Assembly: GCA_040954595.2 (NCBI GenBank)
Contig: CM082585.2
Location: 7,341,808-7,405,807, forward strand
Source of the DNA: Balanoglossus misakiensis
Lineage: Eukaryota > Animalia > Hemichordata
DNA: 64,000 nucleotides
Direction: 5' to 3'
A model generated the notes under the pieces. That model did not search any database. It was not told the origin of the DNA and saw nothing but the letters and a program-made list of their open reading frames with translations. The position numbers and the translations under genes were made by a program. This document shows positions 55,670 to 64,000 of the stretch, one piece after another (position 1 is the stretch's first letter; each line of letters opens with the position of its first letter).

Positions 55670-56028
55670 AAATAATCTCTTGAAAAAGTTGACACTCATT
55701 GCCATCCCCTAAAGAATAAAGAAATTGGAAAGGAATGAAACAGGGCAAGTAACAAAAGAATTTTAAATAAAATAAGACTTGCCAATTTAACTCCTGCCAG
55801 CTAGGCATAATCTTTTCCATGGAACACATGGTATTCCATACATCTCGTTTTTTGTATTTGCCGTGAATCTGCCAGTCCCAATCATAAATTTGCCACTGCA
55901 TCAAAAGCATGGCAACTTACTGTCAAGAGATAAAAAATTCCATTTATGAATTAGAGTTTGGTTACGTGCATTCAATAAGGAGAAAATATTTTTCCCATCA
56001 TGACACTACAAAGATGGGATGTTTTTTT

Positions 56029-56112
56029 TCTGAGATCTCATACTAACGAGATTATATGTCAGCACCAATAAGCTCTGATCGGCGAGTGAATGTTATAATC
56101 CTTGATCTCAGA
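56029..56112 (-). ncRNA. Box C/D snoRNA candidate (sno-B), diverged paralog with the same guide
   Basis: Minus strand: TCTGAGATC-A-AGGATTA-TAACATTCACTCGCCGAT-CAGA-GCTTATTG-GTGCTGA-CATATAATCTCGTTAGT-ATGA-GATCTCAGA. 9-bp stem; boxes and guide are conserved while the spacers have diverged. Confidence 0.78.
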
Positions 56113-56554
56113 CCTCCTGCCATATTAGACAAAAGTAGTGCTGATTAGGGGGGACTTACCACAAAGCGTCCATTTCTTTCACAGATCTGGGCCAGTTCTC
56201 TGCACTGCCTATCCAAATGGCTGCGGTCTTGTACTGCATCTTGCCCTTCTTTGTACCTAGAAGTTAAATCTTTGTAGTTAGCACACAAAAATCCATTCAA
56301 CCTTGTCAGATCTTGCTATTTTTTTCTGTTACAGAATTTATATATGAAAGCATGGCAGAAATCCGCCATCTTGAAATCAAACATCTTGCTTATTCCATAG
56401 TGAATGAAATTAGAATGATTTTGCAACATCTTTAAAAGCCATATTATTTATTTGACAGTATAAAAGTTATATCGGAGAAAATTTGATAGTTTTAGGTGAA
56501 AATTTCCCAGTTGCAGTACATACTACGCGAAGCCAATGCATGCAACAAGCTGAT

Positions 56555-57830
56555 CACGTGGTACATGGCCTGATCAGATTAGTTACAAAGCAAAACCAAT
56601 CCCACGTGTCAAGCTTCGATCGGTCAACCATTCTTCACGGAATAGAACATTTTGCTGTGTTGAAGGCGAATATACGAGACCTAACATCGTGAGAATGTTG
56701 AAAATTAAAACACGACGTCTTCAACTTCAAGCTTAGCCACGTGGCAGGTCGACATTGGATGCATGCCCCATTTACATGCATTTCCAGCTCACAAAGAGTT
56801 TGACACTCATTCGAAAGACAATTGCAATATTTCCTTAGCGCAGAAGTGGCACAGACCAAGTACTTACATTCACACATTCTCCGATGAAACAAAAGTTGAG
56901 ATCGAACGATGTGCTCTTGGCCGAACAGCGAAGAAGCACGTCTGTGCAACACGCTACATGTGCTCGTACTTATATACTATGCCACATGCAAATAACCCTT
57001 TGACGTCATCGTAATGCTAATTATTAACCAGCGGAGCCCCGCCCGTCGTCCATGCGTTTTTCATAACGTGCCGGATACACAGCCTCATTTTTGGGGAATA
57101 TACACATGATTAAATAAAACTCCTACTCCCAATAAGTTTTACTACTAAAATGGATAGGGCAAAATATGAAAGATACGCTGCGTCATCGTACAGTACTGCG
57201 ACTGCGCATTTGGTATCTTGACTCTGAATGTCGCCCCCTGTGTCAACCTTTCTCTCTCCCCCTCCCTCTCCGCTCCCCTATCTCGTCAATGAACGAGATC
57301 TCATCGTGTGTAACAATGGAAGTCTTCAATTACCAAAAAAGATATCGAGACTTGTAATTTAAATCATCGATCTCGCCCATCAACGTATAGTAGCTTAATA
57401 CTTCTAAAGATTTTTTAAATATTCAAAATTAAAAATATATATATCCAAATTCTAAAAATAATAACTTTTAATCCAAAGGTGCCGTACAATATTATCCACG
57501 TTAATGGAACTACGTACTGTTATAATGCCATGCGCCGCACCCCACATTAAATTTCTACTGCTGATATCCCAAACAGTTAACTTACATTGTAATATTCAGT
57601 TTCAGAGCAACAAAATTATTCGATATCAAAACCAGGAATTGTGATTTCTCGCCGCAGTGCAAAAAAGTATTCGGTAAAAACAGTCCCCGCAAATTTCACG
57701 AATTTGTTACATACCTATAAGATCAAGCTGTACACGACCAACAACCACACTGTGCCACGTTCACTGCAGTACTGATCAGAACCAGAACCGGCTCGGACCG
57801 GCTCATGTCCATGCGGGCATATATCACGTG
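56555..57830. promoter_or_regulatory. Candidate promoter/5' regulatory region of the snoRNA host gene
   Basis: CACGTG E-boxes at 56555, 56603, 56738 and 57825; TGACGTCA at 57001; GC box CCCCGCCC at ~57037; TATA-like GATATATG on the minus strand next to the 57825 E-box. Confidence 0.4.
57294..57375 (-). ncRNA. Box C/D snoRNA candidate (sno-A)
   Basis: Minus strand: CGAGATC-G-ATGATTT(C)-AAATTACAAGTCTCGAT...CCATTGTTACACACG-ATGA(D)-GATCTCG. Same stem, length (82 nt) and box spacing as the other four; internal C'/D' boxes are degenerate. Confidence 0.65.
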
Positions 57831-58857
57831 GTTCAAAGAGCATTGTCCCAGGCATCATACGTGCAGAGATAGCAGTATCTTGCAAGCTCATGCAAATTGG
57901 GGAGGGGGGGGTGTCCAACGTTAATTACGTTAATAACAGACAGGATCGGAGCAGGGGGGGGGGGGGGCTGGGGTCGGAGTACGGGAGCCTGCCGCGCCCT
58001 CACGCGACTGACGCCAACATGCAGAATACCAAGGAGATATAGGGCCCACCTTGTCAAATTTTCTGTTCAGGGGTCAATTGGCGCCATCAAACTTTTGCTG
58101 TTTTATGAGAGGTTAATGGGGAATGCGAAACGAACCAATTCAGTTCATTTTCGGAGAAGAGATTCTTGTGTGCTTGGAATTTTCGCTGCATGGCAATTTT
58201 TGGTCATGTACCATGGTTGGGTCTTTCCAAAGTCGACAGCCAGACTGAGATTCTTACCAAAAATCGTGGCCGTTCTTACTTTTTACAGCCTACACATTCA
58301 AAACTACTCAAGGTTCTAGCTTACAAAGTCATATTTTTAGGCAATGCGATGATAATTTTTATTATATCGTAGTTTATCTCTCCGATGACAAGGTTCTGGC
58401 TGAAAGGTTCTTACCAAAACACACCAAAAATTTCCGCCGACTTCATCGGAGATGTAATCGGGGTATAATACAAGGAGCTGTGTATCCAAATATGAACTTC
58501 CGTCGTCGATTTTAATTCTTCTCAAGTTTTTAACAAGAATCTGATTCGTTAAGATCTAGGAAAACTGTAACGCGCGTTTTCCTCGTTATCTCGCACAGAT
58601 TGTTGTTCGTCTTATAATTGGGCCACCCGGTCGACAGAAATTCCCAGCAAACCCTCTCATTAAACCCGTAATTACTGCCACAGGAATTTTATGTACTGGG
58701 GAATTGCAACTGACGCTTGACTTTGGTGACAAACTTTTGTCCACTGTCGCCAGCTACACAACAAGCATGGCGTTCTCTCTGTTTATTGCCAAAAAAAGAG
58801 CGCAATTAAATGATTCCACACAGGTCCGAGAAAATAACGGCGACCCGTGTGTGTTAA

Positions 58858-59652
58858 GATGGGTCCCTAGGATCTTTTTGCTCGTTGCTATGGGCCTTTA
58901 TAGGACACTACACTCAATTTTGATCGAAACCGTTATGAACGTCCGACAAGGGGCTTGTAACTAGTTAAAAATACACACGATTGTGTGCACACCCCCTGTC
59001 TGAGTATGTTTACGGCAGCTACCGCCCGGCCATAGGCCGCCACGCTAATACGGCAAAGCAGCGGTCAGCGATAGCGTGCGCGTCCTGTAACCACAGTAAC
59101 TGGATCGAACGCTAAAAATCCAATGTTTTGTACACAGAGATTTTGTACCGTTCACGAATATCCCTAAGGCTTTTTTCACAGGCGACGTAGGCCAGCCAAA
59201 TTTGACCTGCTTGTTGAGAACGCACTTCCGCATAGTGTGACGGATCGTTTTTTCGGTTTTCGTCGTGCTAAGAAGCGATACCAGTGGAAGAGTGCGTCCA
59301 AAAACACCCAAAATCGATGACTTTTTCAGGTGTGGTACGGGTATGCTGAAATCGTAGGATACAACGATAATATTCGAAAACAAAATCCGTCACGATCTTC
59401 CCTGGTTCAAGCAACTAATGAATACGTATCAAGTTCGTTTTTGAGGTCACGGAATAAAAAGCCTTAGGCTTTTGAAATTTGACCTAGCTAATTTGCATAT
59501 CAATGGCGTCAGGGGGCGCGCGCTCACAATCGTGCGTATTTTTAACTAGTTACCAGCCCCTTGTTAGACTCTGAAAACGGCTTAGTCCAAATCGGGGTGT
59601 AATGTCCTATAAAGGCCCATAGCAACGGGCAAAAAGATCCTAGGGACCCATC
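58858..59652. mobile_element. Non-autonomous DNA transposon with ~140-bp terminal inverted repeats (TTAA-flanked, Kolobok-like termini)
   Basis: TTAA|GATGGGTCCCTAGGATCTTTTTG... versus ...CAAAAAGATCCTAGGGACCCATC|TTAA. The first 50 bp of the arms differ at one position, and similarity extends to ~58998/59510. No transposase ORF. Confidence 0.85.
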
Positions 59653-60758
59653 TTAACCGATCGCTCCTTCTGTCGCCTGCGCATCCTGTGCGACGTACAC
59701 TTCAGACTATTGTACCTGTGTAAACCAAACACCCAGCTTCTTGAGAAAAAAAAGTTTAATCCCGAAGTTAAAAACTCTCTAGTCGCAATCGGAGCGGAAA
59801 TGGACATTCATGACGTCAGCTGTGGTAATGTTAAGTAATGAAATTCCGGGGAATCAAAGCTCAACTTTTAACATTGAGAATACAAATTAGGGGTATACGT
59901 GCAAAATATTGAATGGTAGAGCAAAACTGGCACATACTACGTTAAAAGCATGAAAATCGTTGGATCGATTCAACTAATATTAAAAATAAAGACTTGCCAC
60001 GTGAATAATTATAATTCTTTTCCTAATTGAGCCCACCTCGGCCTCGTTCATTTATTTCGGACAGCGGCGCTGTTTATTCGTACTTCTTTCGGAGACAAGT
60101 CGTCCGCCGGCTCCGCCCGTCGACGTCGCGGCTGTGACGGGTCATTTGGAAGCACTCTCTGCGACACTTTGCGACGTGGCCGAATAATGGGAGACCCGCG
60201 AAGTGACACTTGATGACCGCCGTTTAGTGCCCTAATGCCGTGTAATTGCGGTAAATAGCTGTAGGTCAGTGTAAATGTTGTTTTCTGAAGAAGAAGAAGA
60301 AATAAAAAGCTGTGCATCGGGTGCTCGGGCAGTCACGTCGGTGCCAGCTATCAAACATCAATTAGTAATGACTTGAGATTTTCTCAGTACCAAGCGAAGA
60401 CATCTTCTTCTATTTTCCAGTTTTAAGTTTTCCGCAAACGTAGAATTTTCTGTCGTTTTTCTCTGGGGTCAGAACTCGTCTTTTCTGTTCTTAGGGTAAT
60501 GTCACTCCCTCGCATTATAATTAATTGAATGCAATTCCCACGGCCTTCAACGTCCGTAATCGCAGGCGAGGAGACCCTGAACTTGTTTTGTCAATTGCTT
60601 GTAAAAAGCTTTGTGTACTTCAGTGGAAAGTCGCAGAAGTTTTCCAGCTTTTCTTTAATATATATACGTCTTCAACTATGTGAATTTGGCCAAAACTAAT
60701 CATTCCTCGTACATGGAGTGTACCCATCGTAATTCTCCTCTTACTATCTCTCCCAATC

Positions 60759-60829
60759 CCCCTCGCTCTCGTCCCTTCCCCTCACTCTCGCCCCTTCCCC
60801 CTCACTCTCTCCCCTCCCCTCCCCTCTCC
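60759..60829. repeat. Pyrimidine-rich short tandem repeat (cccctcactctcgccccttc-like units)
   Basis: About three imperfect ~20-bp units. Confidence 0.6.
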
Positions 60830-63209
60830 AACAGCTCAATCAATAGGTAATGTCACTTTAAGCTTTAGCCCGTATCTGTACTCGGAGGGGTGCAATCAGA
60901 GAGCGCCAAGTACCGCAAAAACTCTCGCCTTGTCTGCAGCGGACACGCTGAATGGGCACGGGTCACGACGCACCGACTGTGACAAAGTGTACTATAACAG
61001 TATAACAGTATATGTTTTCCTTTGTCAACCTACCCAGCCCTTTTATCACACCTCCCCCGTAATTACCTCCTGCAATTGAAGGACGAAATAAAAGCCAAAA
61101 GGGGGCTGTGGCTTTTGACCGCCCTAACCACGGGATACTAATTGTGCGCGTTTGCCATTAACTGAAGATTCGTCAGTAAATCGAGGGTCTGTAATGGCTC
61201 AAAACGCATGCAACCAGGGGCGTTCACCGTTTGAGGAAAACGCGGGGACTTCGCTTAGCTAGGCCTACACCACACGATTGGCCGCAAAGAAAGTTCACTG
61301 TTTTTCTAAAATTTTAAGTAAAATTATTATTGAGACAATATATGTTGGGTATATGGTTTTACATGTAAAACTCGTTCAAATCGGTAAATTTTGTTTTAGT
61401 AGGAATTTGTTCCGACGTTCCCCGCTTTTCTATAAAATCTTGTATTGGACCAACAGAACAACGAGATTTACAAACTTAAGAAACACCGTTCCCCAGAAAT
61501 GCAAATGCAACTTCTCCAACCGTGAATGAGTCCAAGCACACGTCAGAATCGTTTTGCTCAGATGGATGGATAATCCACAGATGGATTACAACTGTACGTT
61601 CGTTGCCACAGGACATGGTCACGAACGTGAGATTTTGACGAGAATGGACTCGCCCATCATTTCGTGTCACCGCGATTGAGCGAGAGATGCCCCGATGTCG
61701 TCCTGAGGCGTTTTTCGTCAAACCCGCCGGCTACCAGATAAAACGCATAGCTGTTTAAAAATTGCAGTTGAATCAGACCGCCTTGTTTAACATATGTTTG
61801 AGATGTGGTCTTGACTGCGCGGCCACTCCCACCGCATTGAAAGGCCACTGTGCAGGTAATTGGCGTAAAGTGCAACGTTAAAATTATCCACTGGTCTTCG
61901 CGAAAGCATTCCTCGGACCCCCAGGGCTTAGCAATCAAGCCCCTCTATAGACAATCTACAGGATGTGGGATAGCAAAAAATGCTCGTTTACTTTTTAAAT
62001 AAAACCTGTATCTATAGTTCCTTGGTATGTTGTGTCACAATGAAGCCAGGTCAACATATAGGGGTGCACCGTTACAAGACAGTTAGAGACTGCCGTTCTA
62101 TCCGTAGTGTAAAGCAAAAAGTAAATATTTTGCAGACGACGTGAGGTGCTTTCTGGCCGACTTGATCCGCCTGACAAGCAGACGTAAACTACACATCCCG
62201 TGGAGCTTTTATTCTCAAGTGTTTTTGTCAGTTGACGATGATAATCCTTGCACTGGTGTCGCGTTTAGTGTATCTTGAGAAGTAAATTGATCGATGTCTA
62301 ACGTTCATCTAAATAGAAGTCGCTCCTCCGGAAATAAACCCCCCTTGGCCGTTCGCGTACGCAACAACCACTTAGATTTTGTAATACAATATATAGCAAC
62401 TGTCGCCATAAGATTTAAACGTTGCTAAACGGACTTTTATCCCCCAAAATACTCTACTTCGACATCTTATGTAACATTTCTCTCTGTGGTTGTTAAATTT
62501 TAATGCCAGGGTAGAAGTTCAGAAAATTACGATTATTAATATACACATGTATCTGTTTCCAGTATAAACTATTTTATATTTCCTACGTTACTGACCAAGA
62601 TGTACACATAAAGCATGTGCTCATATGTCACGCAATTTTACTGGCCTGGGTTTGTTTTTCACTATAATTTTTTTATGTCGTACATTCATCTCTGTGAGAA
62701 CTATGAAAGAATTACCGATTCGCAGACATTTTACGACGTACATTTTCTCACTCTTAAAATGTCTTTCTTTCCAGATACCCCTTTCTGGTTGCATCTCCGT
62801 TGGGACGAGTCGGCGCAAAAGGTAACGGTTTTTAAGCTCGATCATTTGAATAGTCATTAAGCTTACTTAGGGAATACATGTGCTCAACGGCTTACAAGAA
62901 AAATCCCTAGATTGCAATGAAGGGTTCCGGGTGTCTCGAGTCCCGGGCGAGGAGATGCCTATAAGATAGCGCCACCGATTAGGGGAGTCCAGACAACAAC
63001 GTGTTTTGGGTCATTTCGACTGGTGCCACCAGCGCTCGTAGAGACCCGTGCAATTATGCACTACACTAAATCAAGTACATGTACATTTAATCGGTTTCAC
63101 TTTGACTTTTAAAGGTAACCTTTTTTAGAATTGCGAATTTTAATGGCAGTCTTTTAGAAATCCTCCCGCTAGTTTTGAAGGTTTTGTGACTTCACTGTTC
63201 ATCTGGGTG

Positions 63210-63236
63210 TGTTGTTGTTGTTGTTGTTGTTGTTGT
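63210..63236. repeat. (GTT)n microsatellite
   Basis: Read directly. Confidence 0.9.
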
Positions 63237-64000
63237 CATGGATACAGAGGCAGAAACGTTGTGGATGTTCCCACTTGTCTCTTCCGCTTGTGCCGGGATA
63301 AATCAGCGAACAGGGTAGCTAGGCGCGGGGAGGTGATTATTTTGAGATCTCCCAGCGAAGGGGAGACGTACAAACACGTCGCTGGAGACAGAGAGATAAT
63401 AAGAGATACACACGCGAGGTTGCGGAAGCCATGACTTGCCGCAAAGAATCTCGGGAAAAGCCAATGCACGCGCGCGCCCCAGAGTTTCTTGAGGCGAAGC
63501 TTCGATTCCTTGAAAGGTGCCGCTGACCCTTGAAATCAGCTACCAAAATGCAAGCGGTATGCTGCATAACAAAATGTTAAAGAAAATGTTGCTCCGCCTG
63601 CATTAACAGAGAAAACGTGTTCCAGTTCTAACCTCTGTAAAGAAAAAGATCACAAATACTCTAGTATATCTTGAGTTTGTTAATACTCATGGTTGATGAT
63701 AACTTTGCGATAACACATACTTGCTGATTGAAATACAGACCCAGCAAACGTACTCTCTTTTCCCAACGAGGGTTAGGCATTAGATTTTGAGCTTTTTGCA
63801 CTTTAGAAGTGTTCTTGGCTGAATAATGGTGGTCGGAAGTGCCTCTCTCAGAACTTTGACTTCGAAGTTCGCGAATCTTGGCAACAACTTCTGGCGTCGA
63901 TGTCTGTGCTAAGGGTGTCTGCATGACAGAAGGTCGCCGGTGGACGACGGAAAACAACACGGCGCGCCACCGTCCCTTGTCCGGCTTCCTGTTTTGTTGC

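Larger units (their letters stand above)
54425..57790 (-). ncRNA. Putative non-coding snoRNA host gene (GAS5/SNHG-like architecture)
   Basis: Short minus-strand exons with canonical splice sites: ~57790-57715 (TAG|gtatgt), 56256-56160 (ttctag| ... GTG|gtaagt), 55514-55438 and 55169-55097 (paralogous, cag| ... CAG|gtatag). A terminal exon runs from ~54610 (ttttcttgatacag|) to AATAAA at 54450-54445. C/D snoRNA-like elements lie in the introns, and the exons encode no recognisable protein. The 5' end and an exon near 55920 are uncertain. Confidence 0.7.

Noticed and set aside
55269-56112. Repeated ~50-bp motif as a CRISPR-like array or plain satellite
   Set aside because: The context is eukaryotic and the spacing is irregular. 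Conservation is limited to stem, boxes and guide, and splice sites intervene, which fits intronic snoRNAs.
56160-56256. Minus-strand exon as protein-coding
   Set aside because: Two frames are open, but neither resembles a known protein, and the downstream exon paralogs differ by non-triplet lengths (77 vs 73 nt).
63661-63960. 99-aa minus-strand ORF with a possible donor CAA|gtatgt at ~63720
   Set aside because: No homology recognised and no partner exon; cannot be supported.

Overview
AT-rich animal genomic DNA with GT-AG introns, microsatellites and DNA-transposon MITEs; the protein sequence and repeat style suggest an invertebrate deuterostome (inference only). The + strand carries the last eight coding exons of PSMD1/Rpn2 (26S proteasome regulatory subunit 1), 25521-52085. 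All exon phases join, and three introns are very large (>25.5 kb, 9.3 kb, 11.5 kb). Downstream and convergent (about 54.4-57.8 kb, - strand) is an apparently non-coding multi-exon host gene whose introns hold five 80-84 nt box C/D snoRNA-like elements. All five share a GAGATC-type terminal stem, and four have a covarying non-canonical C/D pair (C-box position 6 U with D box AUGA). Three share an 11-nt guide complementary to a conserved 5' segment of 28S rRNA. The rest is non-coding, with piggyBac-like, pogo/Tigger-like and Kolobok-like non-autonomous elements. No other protein-coding gene could be supported.
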